A DNA stretch of 64,000 bases from Nemertoderma westbladi (Eukaryota; Animalia; Xenacoelomorpha), in assembly GCA_032718475.1 (NCBI GenBank), contig JAUCBJ010004577.1, positions 1 to 64,000 of the forward strand. The letters are read 5' to 3'. The first letter of the stretch is position 1. Every line of letters begins with the position of its first letter. Made by a program: the position numbers and the translations under genes. The notes under the pieces are model-generated. The model saw only the letters and a list, made by a program, of their open reading frames with translations. It searched no databases and was not told the DNA's origin. Positions 47,201-58,300 of this stretch are shown in pieces.

Positions 47201-47885
47201 GCTGTTAGGACGAGGATTAAGGACAAAGACGGACGACCTATCTCCCCCCCCCCCGGTTATACTCCGGTACTCATTTAGTGACCATTTAAGGATTCAAGGA
47301 AGATGTCTGGCTAGTCCCTTTCGGGGCTTTGACCCACAACCCCCGGACACACAGATGCGAATTTAAGGCGACCAATTAAACCAATAATGTTAGACTCGCA
47401 CAGTTCCACTAATAAGCTAGGGAGACCGCCATGAGTATGGGTGATCTTCCTCAGCAAACACAGGCATTATGTTTCCCAAGTTACAGTAGATTGGTTCCCA
47501 TCGACCAGTCAAGGACTTACTCCTGAGTTGTGACTAACTTGCATTGGGTTGTTTTGGGTTTTTGACTTCGGTTTTGGGTTATTGGTTTGTTGAAGTGGAA
47601 TTGGGGGGATCATGTAGTGATTCATAGCCTTGCGTAATGTAAACCAATGGGTACGAATTATTATCTCAAGAAACACACTGTTACACATTTCTACAGTAGA
47701 AGTGATTCGGATATAATGCAATACTTACTGCTTTCGGTGGCCTTCTTGGCGCCACTGCGTTGGTGAGCGCAACCAGTAGTGGTAGCACAACAATCAGTGG
47801 CGACAGGACACCCGACAACCTGCTTACTAACCACGCCACAACTCGTCGGTGTTTTACCCGCCCCGTGTTGTTTATTGGTAGATGT
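23077..47885 (-). CDS. FAM193A: FAM193 family gene, 3' portion: join(47885..47729, 46816..46346, 45410..45336, 45145..45006, 44494..43708, 23246..23077); 5' exons not located
   Basis: Three FAM193 hallmark blocks occur in the expected order: GKPCSCYYCEIFAH...RNCAEIKERLRKKL, DARNVDELLSWIN, and C-terminal DEVFLP...DDEFERELEDFKRFCFES. Introns are GT-AG with consistent phases (1,1,1,0,1). Probably a single invertebrate orthologue of FAM193A/B. Confidence 0.88.
23281..23752. mobile_element. 472-bp insertion of unknown type, containing (GGTC)n, into the first unit of the 29-bp array
   Basis: Flanked by TAAACAA at 23274-23280 and 23753-23759. Removing it plus one copy of the duplication restores satellite register (GTTAGAAGTAAACAA|GTAAATAAAGTAGGG). 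No terminal repeats recognised. Confidence 0.55.
23575..23691. repeat. (GGTC)n microsatellite, about 29 copies
   Basis: Perfect tetranucleotide run. Confidence 0.99.
23753..25858. repeat. 29-bp satellite, left block (TAAATAAAGTAGGGTTAGAGGTAAACAAG)n, about 72 units, in the last FAM193 intron
   Basis: Direct 29-bp periodicity with variants TTAAAAGT, TTGGAAGT and TTAGAACT. Confidence 0.98.
25967..28780 (-). CDS. LINE ORF2: apurinic-type endonuclease, reverse transcriptase and C-terminal CCHC; the frame is open from 28780 with no ATG before the EN domain
   Basis: EN motifs WNIEGL, LTETF, GGDFNAR, SLIDLIF and H. RT motifs GPD, YRGIAL, QFGF, FVDFKKAFDSV, GLLQGDTLSP, LFADD and YLGV. C-terminal CLLC...HLLTC. 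No stops over 937 codons. Confidence 0.95.
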   Translation of the reverse strand, partial: QNSHSTPLTVSTLLWNIEGLKSVLELSSDDLLSGPDILLLTETFATKEPDLPGYYTWSTEATKPAGRGRPMEGITVAAKPHLNPELVSKSGSFVTINSDVGVFICCYFDPDTSSDELVDGVYKAIESVPAGYNGPIILGGDFNARMDKQNCKADCLQYLMEESHYGLELQNDLTQPTYYCHNGSSLIDLIFANVKVSSIDYPINGLRKHIPLRMEWELNDLSNQQSTTKEDSQRKTKRELNLNNLEADPRLYNAFNFLEFEQDIDAAYLNIAEAIKDSAVPIIFSKESNPWFDEECYKRRQEVITLHHRAKVDPAERELLCSTKRLYKNLLKGKHAAYLKLQEEKLIARAESEPYKWWQQRRAEPPCPVPLAAWEKHFSDLLSTATPPTEPPSQSVPYTTVGEGEDLPYNAPFTPEEVEEEFMKKPSRKSGGPDRLPYELLKAALPLTLYFWVTLFNICFISMRIVSTWKSCICKVLYKGKGPRNEPDNYRGIALLCNAYKVLTGLVARRLRAAFSHLIPREQFGFLPGRSTAQPIEQLLHDINCNLDQPRRPLYACFVDFKKAFDSVPRPKLIEKLRRLFGLKGRMLRFIEILLSTNYIQVFDGLRKTKPISQLIGLLQGDTLSPYLFILYIADLVDALKRAAILVILLFADDLLFYSHTREGLQAGLNALSEWAALNGLTVNLKKTAVIKFRRGGKLCKADEFYYNQQPVIIRNAYTYLGVTFQPTLSFSTHITNICCKSIMSIHNITNPRYLSLATAIKVFNIKIRPIITYNLHLIWPHLTTANLHTIDRVKTNYLKKTLGVHKSTLNRLVIALCGENTLVEDIICNLHLNDTAALMEYRADIVTKKSEIPVEFWSSPAFQNRKWTEPNQSGRHVTTRVSVHGFHHKICATDKFHAPNLESCVCLLCGDPAPLYHLLTCKENSRTLTSWASNDT
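28781..29601 (-). CDS. LINE ORF1 (coiled coil plus RRM-like domain), apparently with a 1-nt frameshift near 28950
   Basis: Track ORF 28930..29625 (probable start MGDLP) has the RRM-like HICLGRLEATTTCEDVINYL...ATFHLV. The expected continuation LMDPDIWGDGITIKNY lies in another frame and ends at TGA 28783-28781. Confidence 0.75.
29713..43652. repeat. 29-bp satellite, right block, about 480 units, with higher-order duplications
   Basis: Same unit as the left block. Rare variants recur at a 2231-bp offset (e.g. GTATAGCGTT near 32220 and 34451; duplicated track ORFs 31879/34110 and 32058/34289). Confidence 0.98.
43708..44494 (-). CDS. FAM193A: FAM193 long low-complexity exon (787 nt)
   Basis: ttttatag|ACC TTA ACC ... 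GGA ATC G|gtgagt; continuous open frame that includes track ORF 43673..44098. G|AT joins to the final exon to give D-EVFLP. Confidence 0.85.
45006..45145 (-). CDS. FAM193A: FAM193 exon (DARNVDELLSWIN plus Lys-rich segment)
   Basis: ttttcag|GT TTG GAT ... GTT AAG|gttagt. Confidence 0.9.
45336..45410 (-). CDS. FAM193A: FAM193 75-nt symmetric exon (GTSTPPLSQINTWSAPKDGATTTVK)
   Basis: tattacag|GT ACT AGC ... GTT AAA G|gtgggt; phase 1-1, open frame, GC-richer than its flanks. Confidence 0.72.
45428..46020. repeat. 17-bp minisatellite (GATTAGATAGTTAGATT)n, about 35 units, abutting a FAM193 3' splice site
   Basis: Direct periodicity. The minus-strand unit AATCTAACTATCTAATC contains CTAAC and CTAAT. 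Confidence 0.97.
46346..46816 (-). CDS. FAM193A: FAM193 exon with CxCxxC(E) motif and coiled coil
   Basis: ttttgcag|AA GAT CAG TTG ... GCA G|gttagt; track ORF 46341..46808. Confidence 0.9.
46910..47116 (-). mobile_element. tRNA-derived SINE copy in a FAM193 intron
   Basis: Minus-strand A box TGGTCTAGTGG and B box GGTTCGATCCC. The body ATGGGTGATCTTCC...TGTTTCCCAAGTT recurs at about 47437-47510. Confidence 0.7.
47240..47510 (-). mobile_element. Fragments of two SINE families
   Basis: 47265-47345 resembles 13790-13905, and 47437-47510 resembles 46911-46990. Confidence 0.55.
47729..47885 (-). CDS. FAM193A: FAM193 internal exon (TSTNKQHGAGKTPTSCG...KKATES)
   Basis: ttccag|ACA ... AGC A|gtaagt; open frame and phase fit the next exon, but there is no conserved motif. 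Confidence 0.65.
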
Positions 47886-48559
47886 CTGGAACATAAATGA
47901 AAATTAGGTTATATAAATAAAAACAAAATATCAACTGAAATACAGATGATAAAATTAAACAGTTAATATCCAATTCATAACGCACCTCAACTATAAGTAC
48001 ATAAATTATTCGATAAAAAGGTATCGGAAACAATCATATCTTATGGGGGGAGCCAAAATTGTGAGCTATCTGTGAATGGTTATAAATTATAAATCCTGTA
48101 TGTTGTGTGTGGGTGGGGTCTGAAGCCAATCAACCTTTTTTTTTTAGAAGAATAATGGTTTTTTCCTGCCAAAAACCTCGAGATGTTAATTTGCTGAGCG
48201 AAAGCTGCGATCAAGGTCGATTAACTATACATCAAGGAGTTATATACGTAATTTTTTTCCACAAAATTTCCTTTTCACCTCCCCTTATTTGCACTTTTGT
48301 AGTTCTAAAACCGCCACATACTTTCGTCACACCCAGTACTGAGTTGGCAGATCCATCCCAATAAATTTATCAACCGATGGTTGTTCCCGGCGTGGCCTAT
48401 AATAATAGGCCTACTTAAATTAAAACTGCAGCACAGCGGAAATGAAACGGATTGCTGACTGCAGAATGCTGTTACAAACAACGTCAAGGTCCATATAAAT
48501 GTTTTGTTTACTCATAATATATCCCATTTGGCAAGACTAATGCCCACAAAGATTGCACC

Positions 48560-49350
48560 ACAAGAAATTATAACAGCAGCTAAAGTTAAGCTAAATATTT
48601 AGCAATAAGAGGTCATAACGAAAAGGGTGGCAACAAAAATGGGAATGAAAAGGTAAAAGTACACTAAGCCCATTGAGGATCTTTGGTGGATCCTTGAAGA
48701 AATGCATAGAAGGAAAGACAGCCTATCGATCCATCATCTTTGTATATTTCTGTAGGTCTTCGATTATGTCTCTTAAAATACGACTTATATACAGTAAGTA
48801 AAATGTTGTAGTACTTAAAAATTTGATGTTATTCGCTGTTTTCAGATCAAGGAGACCAAAGGGCGATATCAGTGGCGGACGATTTGATAGCCTTAGTAAC
48901 TAAACGAACAGATGCTCTAGTATTCGTATGTATCCTAACGGTTTGGTTAGATTCCAGCTTCATCTATCCTAGCCTATTCTCCGTCTTCACGAACTCTAAC
49001 ACAAGACAAACAGGAGTTCTAGAAACATCGATTATATTCGCAAGCGGACCCCACATAGAAACCACAAGTTTTCTTACATAAGATTTCTTCAAGACCTTCG
49101 ATTTCGTCTCTCGACAGCGCATAATGTTTACGATTGTTGATGCCTATTGGATATGATGAGATATTGCTGCAATCAAATCACAGTGATGATTCACCAACAC
49201 TTATCTCTATAACAGATAAATAGAGTCGCATATGAAGTGTCATGTGGTGTCGTCCAAGGTGAGAGTAACACGCTTGCGTCTTACCTTGCGGTGGACTTTA
49301 TGCTGCGAATGTCTCTCAACCAACATAATATAAATGGGGTAGAAATACAG
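48560..49350 (+). mobile_element. Two heavily decayed RTE-family RT remnants (about 48560-48775 and 48850-49350)
   Basis: Remnant translations KPIEDLWWILEEMHRRKD..IIFV.F..FDYVS and DFFKTFDFVSR...EVSCGVVQGESNTLASYLAVDFMLRMSLNQHNINGVEI parallel the 19291..20133 protein (EPILALRRIIEELSKKKD, GVLQGDTLAPFLF..VDYVLRMSLDHHNDDGVMI). Confidence 0.75.
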
Positions 49351-49360
49351 CTAGCAGTGA

Positions 49361-52300
49361 TAGTAGAAGTAAGCGAAAACCAGCAACACACTAGTAGAAG
49401 TAGACGAAAACCAGAAATACACTAGTAGAAGTAGTCGAAAACCAACAATACACTAGTAGAAGTAGACGAAAAGCAACAATACACTAGTAGAAGTAGACGA
49501 AAACCAACAATACACTAGTAGAAGTAAACGAAAATCAGCAATACACTAGTAGAAGTAGACGAAAACCAACAATACACTAGTCGAAGTAGACGAAAACCAA
49601 CAATACACTAGTAGAAGTAGACGAAAACCAACAATACACTAGTAGAAGTAGACGAAAACCAACAATACACTAGTCGAAGTAGACGAAAACCAACAATACA
49701 CTAGTAGAAGTAGACAAAAACCAACAATACACAAGTAGAAGTAGACGAAAACCAACAATATACTAGTAGAAGAAGACGAAAACCAACAATATACTAGTAG
49801 AAGAAGACGAAAACCAACAATACACTAGAAGAAGTAGATAAAAACCAACAATACACTAGAAGAAGTAGATAAAAACCAACAATACACTAGTAGAAGAAGA
49901 CGAAAACCAACAATACACTAGTAGAAGTAGACGAAAACCAACAATACACTAGTAGAAGTAGACGAAAACCAACAATATACTAGTAGAAGTAGACGAAAAC
50001 CAACAATACACTAGTAGAAGTAGACGAAAACCAACAATACACTAGTAGAAGTAGACGAAAACCAACAATACACTAGTAGAAGTAGACGAAAACCAACAAT
50101 ATACTAGTAGAAGTAGACGAAAACCAACAATACACTAGAAGAAGTAGATAAAAACCAACAATACACTAGAAGAAGTAGATAAAAACCAACAATACACTAG
50201 TAGAAGAAGACGAAAACCAACAATACACTAGTAGAAGTAGATAAAAACCAACAATACACTAGAAGAAGTAGATAAAAACCAACAATACACTAGAAGAAGT
50301 AGATGAAAACCAACAATACACTAGAAGAAGTAGATAAAAACCAACAATACACTAGTAGAAGAAGACGAAAACCAACAATACACTAGTAGAAGTAGACGAA
50401 AACCAACAATACACTAGAAGAAGTAGATAAAAACCAACAATACACTAGTAGAAGAAGACGAAAACCAACAATACACTAGTAGAAGTAGACGAAAACCAAC
50501 AATACACTAGTAGAAGTAGACGAAAACCAACAATACACTAGAAGAAGTAGATAAAAACCAACAATACACTAGTAGAAGAAGACGAAAACCAACAATACAC
50601 TAGTAGAAGTAGACGAAAACCAACAATACACTAGAAGAAGTAGATAAAAACCAACAATACACTAGAAGAAGTAGATAAAAACCAACAATACACTAGTAGA
50701 AGAAGACGAAAACCAACAATACACTAGTAGAAGTAGATAAAAACCAACAATACACTAGTAGAAGTAGACGAAAACCAACAATACACTAGAAGAAGTAGAT
50801 AAAAACCAACAATACACTAGAAGAAGTAGATAAAAACCAACAATACACTAGTAGAAGAAGACGAAAACCAACAATACACTAGTAGAAGTAGATAAAAACC
50901 AACAATACACTAGAAGAAGTAGACGAAAACCAACAATACACTAGAAGAAGTAGATAAAAACCAACAATACACTAGTAGAAGAAGACGAAAACCAACAATA
51001 CACTAGTAGAAGTAGATAAAAACCAACAATACACTAGAAGAAGTAGATAAAAACCAACAATACACTAGAAGAAGTAGATAAAAACCAACAATACACTAGT
51101 AGAAGAAGACGAAAACCAACAATACACTAGTAGAAGTAGACGAAAACCAACAATACACTAGTAGAAGTAGACGAAAACCAACAATACACTAGTAGAAGTA
51201 GACGAAAACCAACAATATACTAGTAGAAGAAGACGAAAACCAACAATACACTAGAAGAAGTAGATAAAAACCAACAATACACTAGAAGAAGTAGATAAAA
51301 ACCAACAATACACTAGTAGAAGAAGACGAAAACCAACAATACACTAGTAGAAGTATACGAAAACCAACAATACACTAGTAGAAGTAGACGAAAACCAACA
51401 ATATACTAGTAGAAGTAGATAAAAACCAACAATACACTAGTAGAAGAAGACGAAAACCAACAATACACTAGTAGAAGTATACGAAAACCAACAATACACT
51501 AGTAGAAGTAGACGAAAACCAACAATATACTAGTAGAAGTAGATAAAAACCAACAATACACTAGTAGAAGAAGACGAAAACCAACAATACACTAGTAGAA
51601 GAAGACGAAAACCAACAATACACTAGAAGAAGTAGACGAAAACCAACAATACACTAGTAGAAGAAGACGAAAACCAACAATACACTAGAAGAAGTAGATA
51701 AAAACCAACAATACACTAGTAGAAGAAGACGAAAACCAACAATACACTAGTAGAAGTAGACGAAAACCAACAATACACTAGTAGAAGTAGACGAAAACCA
51801 ACAATATACTAGTAGAAGTAGACGAAAACCAACAATACACTAGTAGAAGAAGACGAAAACCAACAATACACTAGTAGAAGTAGACGAAAACCAACAATAC
51901 ACTAGTAGAAGTAGACGAAAACCAACAATACACTAGTAGAAGAAGACGAAAACCAACAATACACTAGTAGAAGTAGACGAAAACCAACAATACACTAGTA
52001 GAAGTATACGAAAACCAACAATACACTAGTAGAAGTAGACGAAAACCAACAATATACTAGTAGAAGAAGACGAAAACCAACAATACACTAGAAGAAGTAG
52101 ATAAAAACCAACAATACACTAGAAGAAGTAGATAAAAACCAACAATACACTAGTAGAAGAAGACGAAAACCAACAATACACTAGTAGAAGTAGACGAAAA
52201 CCAACAATACACTAGTAGAAGTAGACGAAAACCAACAATACACTAGTAGAAGTAGACGAAAACCAACAATACACTAGTAGAAGTAGACGAAAACCAACAA

Positions 52301-55300
52301 TACACTAGTAGAAGTATACGAAAACCAACAATACACTAGTAGAAGTAGACGAAAACCAACAATACACTAGTAGAAGTAGACGAAAACCAACAATACACTA
52401 GTAGAAGTAGACGAAAACCAACAATATACTAGTAGAAGAAGACGAAAACCAACAATACACTAGAAGAAGTAGATAAAAACCAACAATACACTAGAAGAAG
52501 TAGATAAAAACCAACAATACACTAGTAGAAGAAGACGAAAACCAACAATACACTAGTAGAAGTATACGAAAACCAACAATACACTAGTAGAAGTAGACGA
52601 AAACCAACAATATACTAGTAGAAGTAGATAAAAACCAACAATACACTAGTAGAAGAAGACGAAAACCAACAATACACTAGAAGAAGTAGATAAAAACCAA
52701 CAATACACTAGTAGAAGAAGACGAAAACCAACAATACATTAGTAGAAGAAGACGAAAACCAACAATACACTAGAAGAAGTAGATAAAAACCAACAATACA
52801 CTAGAAGAAGTAGACGAAAACCAACAATACACTAGTAGAAGTAGACGAAAAGCAACAATACACTAGTAGAAGTTGACGAAAACCAACAATACACTAGAAG
52901 AAGTAGATAAAAACCAACAATACACTAGAAGAAGTAGACGAAAACCAACAATACACTAGTAGAAGAAGACGAAAACCAACAATACACTAGTAGAAGAAGA
53001 CGAAAACCAACAATACACTAGAAGAAGTAGATAAAAACCAACAATACACTAGTAGAAGAAGACGAAAACCAACAATACACTAGAAGAAGTAGATAAAAAC
53101 CAACAATACACTAGTAGAAGAAGACGAAAACCAACAATACACTAGTAGAAGAAGACGAAAACCAACAATACACTAGTAGAAGAAGACGAAAACCAACAAT
53201 ACACTAGAAGAAGTAGATAAAAACCAACAATACACTAGTAGAAGAAGACGAAAACCAACAATACACTAGAAGAAGTAGATAAAAACCAACAATACACTAG
53301 TAGAAGAAGACGAAAACCAACAATACACTAGTAGAAGTAGACGAAAACCAACAATACACTAGTAGAAGTAGACGAAAACCAACAATATACTAGTAGAAGT
53401 AGACGAAAACCAACAATACACTAGTAGAAGAAGACGAAAACCAACAATACACTAGAAGAAGTAGATAAAAACCAACAATACACTAGTAGAAGAAGACGAA
53501 AACCAACAATACACTAGTAGAAGTAGACGAAAACCAACAATACACTAGTAGAAGTAGACGAAAACCAACAATATACTAGTAGAAGTAGACGAAAACCAAC
53601 AATACACTAGAAGAAGTAGATAAAAACCAACAATACACTAGTAGAAGAAGACGAAAACCAACAATACACTAGTAGAAGAAGACGAAAACCAACAATACAC
53701 TAGAAGAAGTAGATAAAAACCAACAATACACTAGTAGAAGAAGACGAAAACCAACAATACACTAGTAGAAGAAGACGAAAACCAACAATACACTAGTAGA
53801 AGAAGACGAAAACCAACAATACACTAGTAGAAGTAGACGAAAACCAACAATACACTAGTAGAAGAAGACGAAAACCAACAATACACTAGTAGAAGTAGAC
53901 GAAAACCAACAATACACTAGTAAAAGTAGACGAAAACCAACAATACACTAGTAGAAGTAGACGAAAACCAACAATATACTAGTAGAAGAAGACGAAAACC
54001 AACAATACACTAGAAGAAGTAGATAAAAACCAACAATACACTAGAAGAAGTAGACGAAAACCAACAATACACTAGTAGAAGTAGACGAAAAGCAACAATA
54101 CACTAGTAGAAATAAACGAAAACCAACAATACACTAGTAGAAGTAGACGAAAACCAACAATACACTAGTATAAGTAAACGAAAATCAGCAATACACTAGT
54201 AGAAGTAGACGAAAACCAACAATACACTAGTAGAAGTATACGAAAACCAACAATACACTAGTAGAAGTAGACGAAAACCAGCAATACACTAGTAGAAGTA
54301 GACAAAAACCAACAATACACTAGTAGAAGTAGACGAAAACCAACAATACACTAGTAGAAGTAGACGAAAACCAACAATATACTAGTAGAAGAAGACGAAA
54401 ACCAACAATACACTAGAAGAAGTAGATAAAAACCAACAATACACTAGTAGAAGTAGACGAAAACCAACAATATACTAGTAGAAGAAGACGAAAACCAACA
54501 ATACACTAGAAGAAGTAGATAAAAACCAACAATACACTAGAAGAAGTAGACGAAAACCAACAATACACTAGTAGAAGAAGACGAAAACCAACAATACACT
54601 AGAAGAAGTAGATAAAAACCAACAATACACTAGTAGAAGAAGACGAAAACCAACAATACACTAGTAGAAGTAGACGAAAACCAACAATACACTAGTAGAA
54701 GAAGACGAAAACCAACAATACACTAGAAGAAGTAGATAAAAACCAACAATACACTAGTAGAAGAAGACGAAAACCAACAATACACTAGTAGAAGTAGACG
54801 AAAACCAACAATACACTAGTAGAAGAAGACGAAAACCAACAATACACTAGTAGAAGTAGACGAAAACCAACAATACACTAGTAGAAGTAGACGAAAACCA
54901 ACAATATACTAGTAGAAGTAGACGAAAACCAACAATACACTAGTAGAAGAAGACGAAAACCAACAATACACTAGAAGAAGTAGATAAAAACCAACAATAC
55001 ACTAGTAGAAGAAGACGAAAACCAACAATACACTAGTAGAAGTAGACGAAAACCAACAATACACTAGTAGAAGTAGACGAAAACCAACAATATACTAGTA
55101 GAAGTAGACGAAAACCAACAATACACTAGTAGAAGTAGACGAAAACCAACAATATACTAGTAGAAGTAGACGAAAACCAACAATACACTAGAAGAAGTAG
55201 ATAAAAACCAACAATACACTAGTAGAAGAAGACGAAAACCAACAATACACTAGTAGAAGAAGACGAAAACCAACAATACACTAGTAGAAGAAGACGAAAA

Positions 55301-58300
55301 CCAACAATACACTAGAAGAAGTAGATAAAAACCAACAATACACTAGTAGAAGAAGACGAAAACCAACAATACACTAGAAGAAGTAGATAAAAACCAACAA
55401 TACACTAGTAGAAGAAGACGAAAACCAACAATACACTAGTAGAAGTAGACGAAAACCAACAATACACTAGTAGAAGTAGACGAAAACCAACAATATACTA
55501 GTAGAAGTAGACGAAAACCAACAATACACTAGTAGAAGAAGACGAAAACCAACAATACACTAGTAGAAGTAGACGAAAACCAACAATACACTAGTAGAAG
55601 TAGACGAAAACCAACAATACACTAGTAGAAGAAGACGAAAACCAACAATACACTAGTAAAAGTAGACGAAAACCAACAATACACTAGTAGAAGTAGACGA
55701 AAACCAACAATACACTAGTAGAAGTAGACGAAAACCAACAATATACTAGTAGAAGAAGACGAAAACCAACAATACACTAGAAGAAGTAGACGAAAACCAA
55801 CAATACACTAGTAGAAGAAGACGAAAACCAACAATACACTAGTAGAAGTAGACGAAAACCAACAATACACTAGTAAAAGTAGACGAAAACCAACAATACA
55901 CTAGTAGAAGTAGACGAAAACCAACAATATACTAGTAGAAGAAGACGAAAACCAACAATACACTAGAAGAAGTAGATAAAAACCAACAATACACTAGAAG
56001 AAGTAGACGAAAACCAACAATACACTAGTAGAAGTAGACGAAAAGCAACAATACACTAGTAGAAGTAGACGAAAACCAACAATACACTAGTAGAAGTAGA
56101 CGAAAACCAACAATACACTAGTAGAAGTAGACGAAAACCAACAATACACTAGTAGAAGTAGACGAAAACCAACAATACACTAGTAGAAGTAGACAAAAAC
56201 CAACAATACACTAGTAGAAGTAGACGAAAACCAACAATACACTAGTAGAAGTAGACGAAAACCAACAATACACTAGTAGAAGAAGACGAAAACCAACAAT
56301 ACACTAGTAGAAGTAGACGAAAACCAACAATACACTAGTAGAAGTAGACGAAAACCAACAATACACTAGTAGAAGTAGACGAAAACCAACAATACACTAG
56401 TAGAAGTAGACGAAAACCAACAATACACTAGTAGAAGTAGACGAAAACCAACAATACACTAGTAGAAGTAGACGAAAACCAACAATACACTAGTAGAAGT
56501 AGACGAAAACCAACAATACACTAGTAGAAGTAGACGAAAACCAACAATACACTAGTAGAAGTAGACGAAAACCAACAATACACTAGTAGAAGTAGACGAA
56601 AACCAACAATACACTAGTAGAAGTAGACGAAAACCAACAATACACTAGTAGAAGAAGACGAAAACCAACAATACACTAGTAGAAGTAGACGAAAACCAAC
56701 AATACACTAGTAAAAGTAGACGAAAACCAACAATACACTAGTAGAAGTAGACGAAAACCAACAATATACTAGTAGAAGAAGACGAAAACCAACAATACAC
56801 TAGAAGAAGTAGATAAAAACCAACAATACACTAGTAGAAGTAGACGAAAACCAACAATATACTAGTAGAAGAAGACGAAAACCAACAATACACTAGAAGA
56901 AGTAGATAAAAACCAACAATACACTAGAAGAAGTAGACGAAAACCAACAATACACTAGTAGAAGTAGACGAAAAGCAACAATACACTAGTAGAAGTAGAC
57001 GAAAACCAACAATACACTAGTAGAAGTAGACGAAAACCAACAATACACTAGTAGAAGTAGACGAAAACCAACAATACACTAGTAGAAGTAGACGAAAACC
57101 AACAATACACTAGTAGAAGAAGACGAAAACCAACAATACACTAGTAGAAGTAGACGAAAACCAACAATACACTAGTAAAAGTAGACGAAAACCAACAATA
57201 CACTAGTAGAAGTAGACGAAAACCAACAATATACTAGTAGAAGAAGACGAAAACCAACAATACACTAGAAGAAGTAGATAAAAACCAACAATACACTAGA
57301 AGAAGTAGACGAAAACCAACAATACACTAGTAGAAGTAGACGAAAAGCAACAATACACTAGTAGAAGTAGACGAAAACCAACAATACACTAGTAGAAGTA
57401 GACGAAAACCAACAATACACTAGTAGAAGTAGACGAAAACCAACAATACACTAGTAGAAGAAGACGAAAACCAACAATACACTAGTAGAAGTAGACGAAA
57501 ACCAACAATACACTAGTAAAAGTAGACGAAAACCAACAATATACTAGTAGAAGAAGACGAAAACCAACAATACACTAGAAGAAGTAGATAAAAACCAACA
57601 ATACACTAGTAGAAGAAGACGAAAACCAACAATACACTAGAAGAAGTAGATAAAAACCAACAATACGCTAGAAGAAGTAGATAAAAACCAACAATACACT
57701 AGTAGAAGTAGACGAAAACCAACAATACACTAGTAGAAGAAGACGAAAACCAACAATATACTAGTAGAAGAAGACGAAAACCAACAATACACTAGAAGAA
57801 GTAGATAAAAACCAACAATACACTAGAAGAAGTAGACGAAAACCAACAATACACTAGTAGAAGAAGACGAAAACCAACAATATACTAGTAGAAGAAGACG
57901 AAAACCAACAATACACTAGAAGAAGTAGATAAAAACCAACAATACACTAGTAGAAGAAGACGAAAACCAACAATACACTAGAAGAAGTAGACGAAAACCA
58001 ACAATACACTAGTAGAAGTAGACGAAAACCAACAATATACTAGTAGAAGAAGACGAAAACCAACAATACACTAGAAGAAGTAGACGAAAACCAACAATAC
58101 ACTAGAAGAAGTAGACGAAAACCAACAATACACTAGTAGAAGTAGACGAAAACCAACAATATACTAGTAGAAGAAGACGAAAACCAACAATACACTAGAA
58201 GAAGTAGACGAAAACCAACAATATACTAGTAGAAGTAGACGAAAACCAACAATATACTAGTAGAAGAAGACGAAAACCAACAATATACTAGTAGAAGAAG

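Noticed and set aside
47521-47690. Additional FAM193 exon (MCNSVFLE...HNSG|gtaagt)
   Set aside because: It would need a 38-nt upstream intron and ends in phase 0, while the next strong acceptor needs phase 1, and it overlaps no conserved motif. Not excluded as an alternative exon without RNA data.
48598-48640. hAT transposase-like LAIRGHNEKGGN
   Set aside because: The match is too short, and the surrounding sequence is better explained as a decayed RTE RT.
49285-49315. Minus-strand mini-exon ending AAG|gtaag
   Set aside because: It lies within a plus-strand RTE remnant, has no convincing acceptor and shows no FAM193 similarity.
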